In this document: in pieces, positions 11,639 through 24,540 of the stretch
Layout: each line of letters starts with the position of its first letter
How positions within the stretch are numbered: position 1 is the stretch's first letter
Assembly (NCBI RefSeq): GCF_009914755.1
Contig: NC_060927.1
DNA: 64,000 bases
Source of the DNA: the human T2T-CHM13v2.0 reference genome, Homo sapiens
Direction: 5' to 3' (one strand)
Made by a program: the position numbers and the translations under genes
Notes under the pieces: generated by a model
Database searches by the model: none
What the model saw: only the letters and a program-made list of their open reading frames with translations
What the model was told of the DNA's origin: nothing

Positions 11639-13789
11639 AGTATAGAAGAAACAGAATCATGAAAACGGAGGATGGAAAATATCAGATCTAACAAGGAGGA
11701 GAAGATCTAGTTTTTACTGAGCCAGCCATTATTTAAAATGTATTTTATCCTCACTTATAACTTTTATTCTTTAAATATATGTAGCTACAAAATCTGTAGT
11801 TATTAAATAAAAATCCTTACTTTCTCCTGGCCAGACACACCCATCTATTATTCTCTCTCACATACACAAAAGTATATGTATACACACACACACTCACGAA
11901 TCCACCTAAGAAAAAGACACTATAAAGAAGTAAATAACAACATTACAAACGGCTTCATTCTAGAGCTGACTAATTAGTAATTACCCAAAGAGAGAAATGC
12001 TTTTAAATGTATGTCTCTGGAGTATGTGTTCTTTTTGTATTCACTGTGTATCTCAGAACAACACATGGCACATAGTAATCTTTCACTAAATATTTAAGCA
12101 AATAATGAATTAATGTATCTGAGATGCATTAGATCTTAAGTAGATATTTCCAGACCTTTTATATGGTGACAATGTTTTTAAAAGTGAGTTTTTGCTGGCT
12201 ATATGCTTTCCTATTTTCAACTTAAGATATTGACAGTGCTTGTGATGGTACTTTTGTTATTTCATTGCGTTTCAGAAAAATCCTGCTTATATACAACAAA
12301 AATACCAAAAAGGCTCATGTTTTTCTTTCCTCTTTTTTTTCTTATTGGGAAGTCATTCTTTGATTTGCTTTTTAGCAAATTTGTTTCACTATCTGTGAAA
12401 AGAAATCGAACATTCATCATGTGCCATCTAACTCAAAGACATGGAACATAAATTGCTAAAAGAAGGTCTTTATGTTCCTTTTTTTTTCTTTTACAACAAA
12501 AAACACTGCACTCCAAGCCTTAAGCACAATGCTACTCTAACATGGCTATTTGCAAACTAAATGGATAAACTACAATAGAGGAACACACTGTTACAATCAG
12601 GCTCTCCTTTGAGGTAGGAATACACAATTAGAGATATAATTCTCTAAGAGTGGCTACAGGCTTTCTCCCCACAATTTCCAGAAACTGTGCTTTTATTATG
12701 GCATTTGCTGCCTGTTTGGTAATTTCAGTAGAGCCTCACATTGCTACTAATGTAAAAGATTTGTCAGATTTTCCATTGTGAACTTCATTGTGTTGAGTGT
12801 TTAAACATTTCCAACTGTGTCAGACTAAAATTCTTCCCTGCAAGTTTCCATCTCAAATTCATTTTTCAAAATATTAAAAATGGTAAACAAATCAGTTTAG
12901 CATATTTCACTCTGGATTTCAAGAAACAACTGAAAAATACAAATTGGGGCAATAGTGTTTGCCTCATTCACCAAGTGCACACAAACTTATGCATGCAGGC
13001 ACTCACACAAATACATACATTTCACCTAAATACAAAAGAAAGAAAAAGAGTGAAAGATTTTTCCAGATAAAGAGGAAAACATTGCTTAAATTTTTTAGGG
13101 AGCTCAGTGATTGCTCAGATCATGAGAGCCATGAAAATATTTGCTTAGTGATAATAATATTTTTACTGAGAACAGAAGTCGTGAAAAAAGACCAACAAAA
13201 TCTGTTGCTGTTAATATTTATTGACATTTTATTCTTTAATACAACATGTCTTTTAATCATGTATTGTTTCATCAGTGACCCTCATGGCAAGAAGTATGAC
13301 AGAGCACTTCTTTTGAATGAACACAATCCTTTCTTAGAATGTTAGTAATCCCACCTTCCCCAGATCCTAACCTCTGCCTATCTACTCTTCACTTACAGCA
13401 GGGTTAGTATTAAGTTTCCTACCTAGATACAAACTTTATCCAAAATACAATAAATGGATGTAAGATGTTGCTGTGATACACTGAAGTATATTATAATGTC
13501 AGAGGAGAAAAGAAATTTTCCTGAAAATATTTAAATTTGATACTCTCTGAATATAGTAAGATGGAACATCATCTCTAAGACTTCTTGTATATCCTTGAGT
13601 ATATGAATAACAGCAACTTTATAGTGCTTTTCATATGCAGTACTTAAATTCAGCACTCATTCTTTTCTCTTAATTTTTGACATGGTATAGTAAGCAAGTC
13701 TTCTTATTCTGATGTTTTGACATCTGGGCCTTACTGACTCTGAAAAGATTACTCCTTGCAGGGCTACCCAATTTCTAGAGATAGTGTAG

Positions 13790-13950
13790 GACGAGGTAAA
13801 GGAGCAGAAAAGATAATTATCTGGTACTGGGCTTAATACCTGGATGATGTAATAATATGTACAACAAACCCCTATTATAGATGTTTATCTATGTAACAAT
13901 CCTTCACATGTACCCCCAAACTAAAGTAAAAACTAAGAAAAAGAAAACAA
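13790..13950 (+). mobile_element. L1PA15/16-like 3'-end fragment
   Basis: ggagcagaaaagataattatctggtactgggcttaatacctgg...ccttcacatgtacccccaaactaaagtaaaa. Confidence 0.85.
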
Positions 13951-14086
13951 GAATAAATTAAATGCATGTACTTATACATAAAATATATTTATAGAATGAT
14001 GTTCATCAAGCCATTTTAAATGGTTTCATTAAAGTTATATTTGAAAAAATAAAAACAAAATGAAATAATTTAAAAATAAATAAATA

Positions 14087-14380
14087 GGCCGGGCGAGGCG
14101 GCTCATGCCTGTAATCCCAGGACTTTGGGAAGCCAAGGCAGGTGGATCACGAGGTCAGGAGTTCAAACCAGCCTGGCCAAGATGGTGAAAGCCCATCTCT
14201 ACTAAAAATACAAAAATTAGCCAGGCATTGTGGCAGGGGCCTATATTTCCAGCTACTCAGGAGGCTGAGGCAGAGAATTGCTTGAACCTGGGAGGCAGAG
14301 ATGCAGTGAGCCAAGATTGCGCCACTGCACTACAGCCTGGGCGACAGAGCGAGACTCTTGTCTCAAAAAAAAAAAAAAAA
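14087..14380 (+). mobile_element. AluS (Sg-like) SINE
   Basis: Full dimer; ggatcacgaggtcaggagttc and ggccaagatggtg diagnostics; A tail. Confidence 0.96.
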
Positions 14381-14504
14381 TTGAGTAAACTCAAGGAAAA
14401 AAATAAAAACCTGCCTGCAAGTGCACCTTTCTTATGCAAACTAACCTGAAGCCCATACTCCAACCACCTTCTTTACTGGGCTGTTACAGAGCTCCCAAAC
14501 ATAG

Positions 14505-14883
14505 TGCTATGTTTAGGCTTTGTGTCCCCACCCAAATCTCATCTTGAATCGTAATCCCCATAATCCCCATGTGCCAAGGGAGGAACCAAGTAGATGTAAC
14601 TGAATCATGGGTGCAGTTTCTGCAGTGCTGTTCTCATGATAGCGAGAGAGTTTTCATGAGATCTGATGGTTTTATTAGGGGCTCTTCTCCCTTCACTCAG
14701 CACTCCTCCTTCCTGCCGCCTTATGAAGAAGGTGCCTTGCTTCCCCTTTGCAGGCCACCATGATTGTAAGTTTTCTGAGCCTTCCCCAGCCATGTTGAGC
14801 TGTGAGTCAATTAAAACTCTTTCCTTTATAAATTATCTAGTCTCAGGTATGTCTTTATAGCAGTATGGGAATGGACTAATACA
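14505..14883 (+). mobile_element. THE1 (C/D-like) solo LTR
   Basis: tgctatgtttaggctttgtgtccccacccaaatctcatcttgaa...ggactaataca; TSD catag / cacag. Confidence 0.93.
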
Positions 14884-15304
14884 CACAGAGTCTCTGTCTA
14901 CCTGGCCTAATCACCCCACAACCATATACCAAACACGTATGGACACACTCTAGGGCCAGGACCTGCAAAATTTTTTCAAACTAACCAATCCTAAACCTGC
15001 TTACCCTGCCTTGCCTTGACTACTTACAAAAACTAAAATAGAGCCCCTTGCTCACATTTCCCTTTGTACCTTCTGCCTCCTACACTGCCCTGGTGACTCT
15101 CTATGCTGCCTCCTCTTGGGAATTATGAGTAATAAATTAATAAACTCTTTAATGGTAATCATCTCCTGATCTGTTGGCCTCACCATACCTGAATAATAAT
15201 AAGGATACCTTTTAAGAGACATGATATGAAAGACAAAGTGTGGTTTGGGGTTAGAAATATAACTAATTATTTCAACCAAATTATTTCATGTCAAGTTCTC
15301 TTAG

Positions 15305-15560
15305 ACATTCATTTGTTCAGCAGCCTTTTAAAGCCAAGCTCTTCCAATAAAGGATAAAATGATGAACAGGGAAGATACAATCTGAGTCTTGGAAAATGTA
15401 CACTCAACTGTGATATACAGATGGATGATAATCACAATATGATGTGATAAAGAAAGGGATGGATACATGAGAACACCATGGTGCAGTGTTTACCATAACC
15501 TTCAACATTGAAGGAAATCTTCCCTTGACGTTTAAGGACAAAAGATAAAATGTAGGAATC
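15305..15560 (-). mobile_element. L2 3'-end fragment
   Basis: cattcatttgttcagcagcc...gatgaacagggaagatacaatctgagtcttgga. Confidence 0.45.
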
Positions 15561-16349
15561 GGGTGCCACCAATATTTTCTGAATATCACCTATTTAGATA
15601 GTCCCTGAACACCAGTTAATAACTGAACATCAGCTTCATCATTTATAAATTAGGATAAAAATATTTTCTGTAGTATTATTGTAAAGAATGATGAGATATT
15701 GTAGTTAAACTCTATAAAATATAATAGGAATCTATAGTTGAAGACACCAAACCCATATCCTTCTCTTACTGACTTCTATTCTCACCCTTCACTTTCCTAT
15801 AAGTCTTGCATTTAACACCAGTCTAGCCAATATAGAACCAGCTTCCCCTGTGCTTTTCACGAAGAATCCAATTTGGCTGATGATATGACTTCAGACTGTA
15901 TACCCTTGGGTGGGAAAACATGTGTTAAGTATTCTTTTAGCAGTCTGCCAAATCAATTCAATTGCATGTTTTGGAACACTAGATGTCTATTTACCTAAAG
16001 TAAAACAGATCAGCAAATCATCTCTAATGAACCTGATATGTGTATAGCAAATATATTTAGAAATTTAACCAGATGACCACAGTGACAACCAACATTTATG
16101 ATCAAATACTACCATTAGGAAAATTGGTAGATAACACATTTAGCTCATGCGGTTTACTCCCTGAATTCCACTCTGTACACATACACAAACATATTTTACT
16201 AGACCTTAGGAGCCCTATTTTACTGGAAAAAAAAAGGCCTTTTAAAATTACCTTCAAGGCAAGATCTTTTAAATACCAAGATGGTAGCTAACAAGTATTT
16301 TAAATATACCTTTCTTGCACATAAAAATTATCAATAACAGCACTACATA

Positions 16350-17170
16350 CATTTCATCCATTCATTAATGAATATACATTGAGTGTTGGGTGGCAAGGAC
16401 TGTGCTAGGCACTGATAATTCAAGAATAGCAAAAGTAAAAATTTTCTTATTACCATACAGCTTACCATATAGTGGGAAAGATGGCAAACAACCATGAAAC
16501 GTGTAAAACTGCCATCATTATAAGGACGGTTAATCAGGTAATAACATCTAATAAGGAGGTCTGGGGAAACTTTCCCAGATGATGATTGAACTGAAATATT
16601 GAGAATAATGAGAAGTCACCTGAGAATAGGGGAAACCGTATTCTAGCACCTGTGAAGGACATGGCAGAAAAGCACATGGTGTGTGTAAGGGACCACTCTA
16701 CGTCATAAGTAGACGGAATAAAAACGTATTGTGAGATGAGGCTCACAATAGTGAGCTCACAAAGTGGGAGGACCAGACCATCCACAGCTTTGTAATCGTT
16801 GCTGAATAATTTATTATCTTTCTTATGAGAAAGGGGAAACATTGACCAGATTTAAGCAGGGATGTGATTTAATCAGATTTATATTTTTTTAAAGATCACT
16901 CTGGCCTTTGTATGTAGATTTGATAGCATTTGGATGCGCTGCTCAGAGGAGGCATCTGGTCTGGAAATATAAGTTTGTAAGTTGTGTGTGCATTAACAGG
17001 TAAGTGAAATATAAATGTCTAATGGGAGAGTACAGAATAAGAAGTAGGACTAGGCCCAAGCCTCAAAGAACTCCAAAGTTGGTGGCTAGATAAAGAAAGT
17101 TAAGAGAAAAAAAAAAATTCCAAAGAGGAAGGAAAATCACTGAGCAATACTACTTAAAAACCAATGGATG
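16350..17170 (-). mobile_element. L2 3' region
   Basis: catttcatccattcattaatgaatatacattgagtg...actgtgctaggcactg...tttaagcagggatgtgatttaatcagattt...aaagatcactctggc. Confidence 0.8.
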
Positions 17171-17229
17171 AGATACCATTGGTACCAGCTCAAGCTGTAG
17201 TTGGTCTGTAGTTGGTCTCACCAGCTTAG

Positions 17230-17635
17230 GAGTAGATGCTGTGAAGCTAATGATGCCTGAGACTTGAGATCCTTCACAGGCCTACATGGGCTCTATGAGT
17301 TTTGAGAGATACGGGAGAATTATAGAGTATTCCGGCTGGGGACAGCAGCCAGGTTAAAATCAGAAAATAAATATTTTCAGTAGACAATTTTTAGAGCAGT
17401 TTTGGGATCACAGCAAAGTTGAATGGAGGGTACAGAGATTTCTCCTATACTCCCTGCCCCCAACATTTTTGCTTATGTAAGAATTTTGGCAAATGCTTTA
17501 AAAATTCCCTAAATAAAAAGGATCTGACTCTTTAGGCCCATTCATTGGTTGAGACTTTTTTCTCAAAGTAAATAAATAATTACATTTTTAATCTAATTTT
17601 ACATTTGGTACTTTGTATTCTTTTTCTTATAAATT
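17230..17635. mobile_element. hAT-Tip100-like DNA transposon fragment with a short L1M 3'-end insert (~17374-17462, -)
   Basis: gtgaagctaatgatgc...tttgtattctttttctta resembles Arthur1/MER69; tttttagagcagttttgggatcacagcaaagttgaatggagggtacagagatttc is an L1M 3' end. Confidence 0.45.
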
Positions 17636-17829
17636 CATAATTTCCATGGGGAGACCTGATTTCACTGCTACACCAGCCCCTTCAGAATCCCAATATTTAG
17701 CTATGTATAGATGGCTATTCGATAATCTCTTCTTTGTCACAATATCAATGAAAACTTCCTCCTAATAGCAAGTGTTTCTAGAAGAATCCCTGTCAGTCAC
17801 CGCTGCCTTGATCCTACCCTTCTGCCCTA

Positions 17830-19235
17830 AGTGTCTCATGTGGAAGCATATAGATAGACATACCAGCATGGGCATAAAGTGTAAAGATTTTGTATCACAT
17901 GTTAATGCCAAGCACAAACTGTCCACCATGGAAAAGTCAGTGAACAAGCAAGCAGACAAAATGCTGTCAGCTGTTTGATAGAAGCCAAATTTTGTCAAAA
18001 TTGGCAAAATGGACACAAGAAAAGAGTGGCTCAGGTGGCAAAGACTGAGATTATGTAAGGGCCTGACAGCGTAGATTCCCATTTACCAAGGCCAATCTAG
18101 CTTTGGCTCCTTCTGAATATCCAAACCCATCAGAACAAACACCAATGCTGAGCCACCAACATAGCACTATCCATTGATAAGATCAAATGGTCAGTTTGTG
18201 GCAAGTGGACTGTATTGCCTCACTTTTATTTTGGTCAGTAGCCCAGTAGTTTGTTATCAAAGAGACAGATACTTAGTGTGTGCATGTGTGTGTGTGTGTG
18301 TGTGCCAACAAGCTCCAGGTATGCATGGTTTACAGAATTCCTGATCTACAGGCATGGGATGCCACACAACACAGCATCTGACTATGGGATCCACTTGTTA
18401 GCAAAAAAGTTATGGCAATAGGCCCAAAACAATGGAATCTGCTGGTTATATCACATGCTATATCATCCAATGGGTAACATCGTCAGGAATGCTGGGACAG
18501 CCTTCTAAAGGTGCAGCTGAAAGACCAGCTCAGAGGAAGCCCTCTGAAAGGAGGGAGTGCTGCCTGTCAGCATGAAGTTTATTATATTGGAGACTTCTGT
18601 GTGGTGCTGTGTCCCACTTCCCAAAAAACCCCACATACAACATACATCCAGCATACAAGATATGGAATCAGGAATGTTTCCATTTACCATAGCTCCCAGT
18701 GATTCACTGTGGAATTCACCTTTTCACAACTCTGGTTTCTACAGAATTGTAGGTTCTGATTCCTAAAAGGGACAAACTTCTACCAAGAGACACAGCCAGA
18801 GTCTCAGTGAACTACAAGTTAAGGCACATTGTACCCAAGGGCAAGCATGAAAAAACAGAAATCACCATACTGTCAGGGATAATGTACCCCAATCAGTGGT
18901 GGGTAGGGACTCTTTTACAAAATAGAAACAAAGAGAAATATTTGTGCAACCCAGATGATCCTCATGGGAGCACCCTAGTACTCCCTTGTTCCACTGTAAT
19001 TGTAAATGGACATGTGCCACAACCCCAAACAGAACAGTGTGCCTATCAAAGGTTCTGTCCCTTCAGGTATGAAGGTGTGGGTCGTAAACCACAAAGACCA
19101 GCAGACATGATAGCTGAAGATGTGAGGAATTCAGAATGGATAGTAAAAAGAAAGATGAGGGGAACAGCTGCAAAAAAATAAATAAATAAATAAATAAAAG
19201 GGTTGTCGTTCATTCCATTAAATTCCGTTCCTCTT
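17830..19235 (+). pseudogene. ERVL-class internal pol remnant (RNase H end, integrase, 3' region), disrupted
   Basis: ORF 17772-17978 KDFVSHVNAKHKLSTMEKSVNKQADKM resembles ERVL KIFVSHVNAHQ...NNQVDRM; downstream DNA encodes decayed W.HE.SG.GG, P.TKA.LA and WQVD.I integrase motifs; (TG)n at ~18276-18304. Confidence 0.8.
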
Positions 19236-19239
19236 AGAA

Positions 19240-19648
19240 AGAAAAGGGAGCAATGGAAAGAGGCTCCCAAATCTGTGGGGGGGGAATTGAGAAAGAATAG
19301 AAGAAGGCTCCGTGAGATCATCAGATTGTGATGCATGCAATTTGATACAAAATAAAGGAGAAAGTGAGAGGAACTTGGAAGGAAATGTCCTGATTGTCAG
19401 ACAGTCTCAGGGAGGTTCAGCAAAATTTTGGAGAGCCCTTGAGCCAAAGTTGTCTACGGGAGTAGTTTGGCGTCTCCCAGCCATGAGCCTGCCTTAGTCT
19501 TCCTACTATATCAAATCACTGGCTGAGAATAGCCCTTTGGAAGCATTGCTTCAGGAAGCCACAGGTTTCAAAGCAGAGAAGCTGGTGCTGTCAATTGATT
19601 TGCTTCCTGTAGTTGGAGGTCTGCAAGCACATTTTCATGGCCATCACA
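19240..19648 (-). mobile_element. LTR16-family ERVL LTR
   Basis: Reverse complement starts tgtgatggccatgaaaatgtgcttgcagacctccaactacagg...ttgacagcaccagc. Confidence 0.6.
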
Positions 19649-20008
19649 GTCATTTATTTATTTAAATTGTAATGTTCATGTGAAGCATAAAATCCACCTA
19701 ACTAGTTTAAGAAATTTTAGGTAAAACATATAAAAATTATCGTCTCAGTAGTATTCCCAGAAATTTCTTAGTATCGTCTCTACGTCATCTTCTAGATTTC
19801 TTCAAATACCTATTCTGTCTCATCATTGCCCTTAAAGTACTCCTGCTTTCAATAGTTCTTAGACTGCAGAAGCAAACTTCTAATAGGTATCCCTAAGCTG
19901 GTTTTACCTTTTTCTAGAACATTTGGCAAACAGCTCTTGATCTAATTATTCTAATAAATCAATATGATCATTCACTACTCTGCCAAAAATTCTTAAATGT
20001 TTCCCATC

Positions 20009-20580
20009 TGTGATGGTTAATATTAAGTGTCAATTTGATTGGACTGAAGAATGCAAAGCGTTATTTCTGGGTGTATCTGGGTGTTTCTGGAGATTGCCCA
20101 AAGAGATTGACATTTGAGTCAGTCGACGGGGAAAGACATGCATGCCCTCAGTGTGGATGGGCACCATTCAATCAGCTACCAGCGTGGCTAGAAAAGCAGG
20201 CAGAAGAAGGTGGAAGGAGCTAAGTTGCTGAGTATTCAGGCCTTCATTTTTCTGCTGTGCTGGATGCTTTCTACCCTCAAACATCAGACTTAGTTTGTTT
20301 TTTTTTTTTTAATTTTGGACTCTTGGACATACACCAGTGGTCTGCCAGGGGCTCTCAGGCCTTCAGCTACAGACTAAAGGCTGAACTGTTGTCTTCCCTA
20401 CTTTTGAGGTTTTGGGACTCGGACTGAGCTACTACTAGCTTCCTTGTTCCTCAGCTTGCAGATGGCCTATTATGGGAATTCACTTTGTGACTGTGTGAGT
20501 CAATTCTCCTTAATAAACTCTCTTTCGTATATACATATATCCTCTTAGTTCTGTCCCTCTAGAGAACTCTAGCTAATACA
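20009..20580 (+). mobile_element. MLT2A/B (HERV-L) solo LTR
   Basis: tgtgatggttaatattaagtgtcaatttgattgg...ctgtccctctagagaactctagctaataca; TSD ccatc / ccatt. Confidence 0.93.
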
Positions 20581-20929
20581 CCATTCTTATTCTAGTATAT
20601 AATGTCTACTATTCCAGCTTCACTCCTTACACTCTCCCGTATGGAAGCAATGATGATATTACCAATATTTCCTAGATGGTTTTCATTTTATCCTCCAAAT
20701 TTTAAGTGTATACTATTCCTACTTTCTCCTTCAAAAAAGATGAGGAGGAATGGCCCATATTTTCTTGTTTTTCACCCATGACAACTATCATTTCCTCTGG
20801 GCGGCTTCTCAGGTAAAGTTAATTGTTATATCTATTTGTCCTATGGACTATATAGATAACTGTATCTATTACTTAGGATATTATACTGACGTTATTTGTT
20901 TGTAGGTCCATCTTGCCTTTGGAGGAAAT

Positions 20930-21330
20930 AGTACAAACTGAGACCTGGATTTGAATTTTAGCCTTTCATATTATCATGTAAGTTCTATGAAAGTTTATTT
21001 CATCATTTGTCAAATGGGAGAACAGTAGTCTTTATGTATGGCCGTTCATGATTAAATGATATGATGTCTAAGGAAACTAACAAATGATGGATATTATCAG
21101 TAGCTAGCAATCATTGAGTGCTTGCTCAACAATAGACACTATCCTAAGTATCTTCTAAATTTTTAAAACAATCCTAAGCACTTTATTATCTTAATCTTAA
21201 AAATGAGGACCTGAAGCAGAGAGAGGCTAAATAATTTGCTATCATATTTATTAAAGTATATTTGTCAGGATTCGAACCCAAAGGCAGTATGACTAAAGAA
21301 GAGCATATGCTCATCCAGTAAACTCTTAAA
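20930..21330. mobile_element. Two MIR fragments in opposite orientation (+ ~20930-21085, - ~21100-21330)
   Basis: agacctggatttgaat...catcatttgtcaaatggga; aaatgaggacctgaagcagagagaggctaaataatttgc...ggattcgaaccca. Confidence 0.7.
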
Positions 21331-21439
21331 TGTTGGCTGCTCAATATTGGTATATTAATATCAGTTTAATTATGTAGGTTTAATTAGTATAGGTTTACTA
21401 ATATAGGTTTATTCATTTTTCAGCCCATCTTTTCACCAG

Positions 21440-21495
21440 ATATATATATGTGTGTATTTATATACACATATATATGTATGTATGTATGTGTGTGT
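21440..21495. repeat. Mixed (TA)/(TG)/(TATG) microsatellite
   Basis: atatatatatgtgtgta...tatgtatgtatgtatgtgtgtg. Confidence 0.85.
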
Positions 21496-22127
21496 TCATA
21501 TTTACTTCAAATAAGGACCAAGATTTATTTATTCTGTTTCATCTCTATACCCCTAGCAGTTAGCACATGACTAGAAGAGAGGAACTACCAAATACATGGG
21601 GTTTAAATGAATGTTCCTGTGGGAACGCATTGTTTAATGAAAGCAGTCTTAGTTACAACATTGGAAAGCCAGTGTTGTGGGGCCTAAGCCCAAAACACAA
21701 TAGCAAAGGACCAATTCGTGTCAGGGCATGTTTTAGGCAGAATTTTTAGAGAAGTGTGATTAATAGGCAGAGAACAGGGTCAGCCAGTGTCATAGGGCAT
21801 GGCTGATTTAGAAGTTTATCAGCAACAAGGTACATGATAGGCTGAGATATAGTCAGAAACACGGGTCACAATCACATCAACTGAACAGACATGTTGATGC
21901 TTAGTAAATGGATAAAGTCATGGTCAGAGTTGCTGACTGGGACAATGATGGATCGAGGATCAAGACAGCAACAGAAACAGTTCCTGAGAGTCCTCATGCT
22001 CGGAATGGCATGTTCTCCAAAGATTGATGTTCCTTTATTTGTTACTTATCACATTTTCTCATATATTTTCTACTTGCTGAAGAGGAAGAAAGGCAAAGTG
22101 TAAATTGAGGGATAGGTCACTTCTGAT

Positions 22128-22610
22128 GTCTAAGCTGGGTTCCCAAAAAGCAGAACCAGAAACAGAGATCGTTTTCAAAGTGATTTTTTTTTTCTGAAAA
22201 TACTACCAAAAGAATTGGAAAGAGGGAATTAAAATAGGTCAAGAGCTAAGTAAGTAAGAAGCTAAGTAAGAAGAACGTGGACTCAACTAGATACTGGCTA
22301 CTGTATAACCTCACGGAATTTGCTTTAGAGGACAAAGAACACCACAGTGTTAGTCCTAACTTGAAGCGAGTCTGTCATCTACATCAGGCAGTATTGAACT
22401 GAAGGTGGCCTTAGCATGAAGATTGGAGGAGTGTAACTTCTTGGGCTAAGTGGTTTTTATCAGCAGAGAACAATGCTCTAGGGGAAGAGTGGCAGCTATG
22501 AGCAATACAGACCACTCTCAGGGGCTGGAGGCTGAATGAGCTGCCCTGGCAAAAGGAAAAGCTGGCGGTGGAGTGGTGATGGTGGCAAAGGCTGTTACAG
22601 CACTGTTTAT
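22128..22610 (-). mobile_element. ERVL LTR (LTR16/LTR33 family)
   Basis: tctaagctgggttcccaaaaagcagaacc...gtgtaacttcttgggc...ggcagctatgagc...ggctggaggctgaatgagc. Confidence 0.55.
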
Positions 22611-22899
22611 CATGTTTCACATTAGAAGAGACACAGTCACTCATTATTTTCTTTAGGCTCCCAAGCCTCCATCAAAACATACCAATAGCTGTTCGTTACA
22701 TTATTATATTCTATCTCCTTAGCTTCTTCCCTCTCTTTTGTCTTAACAGCCAATTTTACAGACTTTGGTCACGCCCTAATACTTTCTATTGCGTTTCATC
22801 GCAATAGAAATACTGCTGACAGACTATTAGTCTAAAATGCAAGGAATATTATGATTCCAGTGACTTCAAGTATTTTCCATAAATTTCAGGATAATACAT

Positions 22900-23315
22900 T
22901 TTGCAATACAAGTATACCAGCAATACCCAACTACCTGTGACTCTCCAACCAACACTCTTTTCTTTCTGCATTTGGGTTTGGCCTGGAGTTCTCTCTGCCC
23001 AGCTCTGCTTCTGGCTAGCTCTTTTCCAAATGTCTTGTTTTATAACAGAATTTATCTAATTAGTGTAACCTTCTTTGATAGCTTCAGGCAAATTTAGGAG
23101 CTTTTCCTTCTATGTCCCTTTTATATTTTCAGGGTACCTTATAGCACTTAGCATAGATTGTTACGATTTTTCTGGTATGTCGTCTTTCTCATTAGACAGT
23201 AAGCATCTTAATGACACTAACTGAATCTTCTTGTCTTTAAATCAACAATGTCATACAGTCCCTGTCACATAGTAAACTCTCATACAACAGGTGTTTAAAG
23301 GGTGAACCAATAAAT
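22900..23315 (+). mobile_element. L2 3' end
   Basis: ttagacagtaagcatcttaatg...acagtccctgtcacatagtaaactctca...taaatga. Confidence 0.6.
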
Positions 23316-23530
23316 GAGAGGACATTTGATTTAAAGCCTTCTTCTTGTCACTTACTACTCTGATTATTTGAGTAGACCTTTTTTTATTGTTGGTAACCTA
23401 GCATTTTTCCAAACCCACACTTCTCTATTCATCGGATGGATTTTGTTTAGCACAGAAAGAGCGTGCAGTGGCAAACAATTGAGGAGGGGGCTTACATACC
23501 ACCAATGGATACTTAAAGAAAGATGCTCTA

Positions 23531-24002
<472 letters not shown>

Positions 24003-24104
24003 AGAAATTCTTTTGTTACATAGGTCTCTCTTAGGGAGACAGGCAGTCAGATGAGGAAATGCTTCTGAGTTATCCCAGTTCACTGTGAAGTGGATAACAT
24101 TCTT

Positions 24105-24123
24105 AGGCCACTAGGGGGCTACA
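24105..24123 (+). promoter_or_regulatory. CTCF binding motif
   Basis: aggCCACTAGGGGGCtac matches the CTCF core CC(A/G)(C/G)(C/T)AG(A/G)(G/T)GGC; in non-repeat DNA; AP-1 TGAGTCA at 24154-24160. Confidence 0.7.
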
Positions 24124-24309
24124 GGTATTCATTCACTCTGGGAATTTGTTTTCTGAGTCACTACTTCATATACTAAAAAGATGAGAGAGAATTGCCAAAA
24201 TACGTAAGAGGGGAAGTTTAATAAATTACATTTCATCCATTCTGGACATCCTTAGAAATAACACTTTTTCACTTGAAATTAGAAGCCAGCAACGTTTTGT
24301 CTTAAATCA

Positions 24310-24540
24310 GTCGTTGGACAGTGAGAACAAAAGTTTTGGGATAATCGAGACCTGGATTTCAGATCCATCTCTGTCACTTACTAGCTGAGTTACCTTTGAA
24401 AACGGCCTACTCCTTTTTGAGCCTCAGTGTACTCATTTGTAAATCCAAACCATTTTGAGACTAAATGACAAAACAGTTTAAAGTGTCAAATGAGTATAAT
24501 AAATAACATGTACTCAATACATGTAAGCAATTTTGATTAT
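24310..24540 (+). mobile_element. MIR SINE
   Basis: gagacctggatttcagatccatctctgtcacttactagctgagttacctt...gagcctcagtgtactcatttgtaaa. Confidence 0.85.

Larger units (their letters stand above)
13683..15221 (+). mobile_element. ERVL-class solo LTR (MER68/MER77-like) in three pieces, host to L1, Alu and THE1 insertions
   Basis: ttctgatgttttgacatctgggccttactgac...ccaatttctagagatagt; resumes ~14405 (cctttcttatgcaaactaacc) and ~14889; ends ctgatctgttggcctcaccatacctgaataataat. Confidence 0.65.

Noticed and set aside
12628-12647. Short hairpins such as ttagaga-tataat-tctctaa (also ~10234-10256)
   Set aside because: 7-8 bp AT-rich stems are expected by chance; too short for miRNA or other RNA genes.
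12959-13345. 128-aa ORF in non-repeat DNA
   Set aside because: TTG start, composition mirrors AT-rich DNA, no domain or convincing exon structure.
11070-14380. Oppositely oriented Alu pair as a dsRNA/editing substrate
   Set aside because: 2.7 kb apart, divergent subfamilies, commonplace, and no evidence of transcription.
18807-19181. 124-aa ORF as a domesticated ERV gene
   Set aside because: Part of a frameshifted ERVL 3' pol region with no intact integrase frame.
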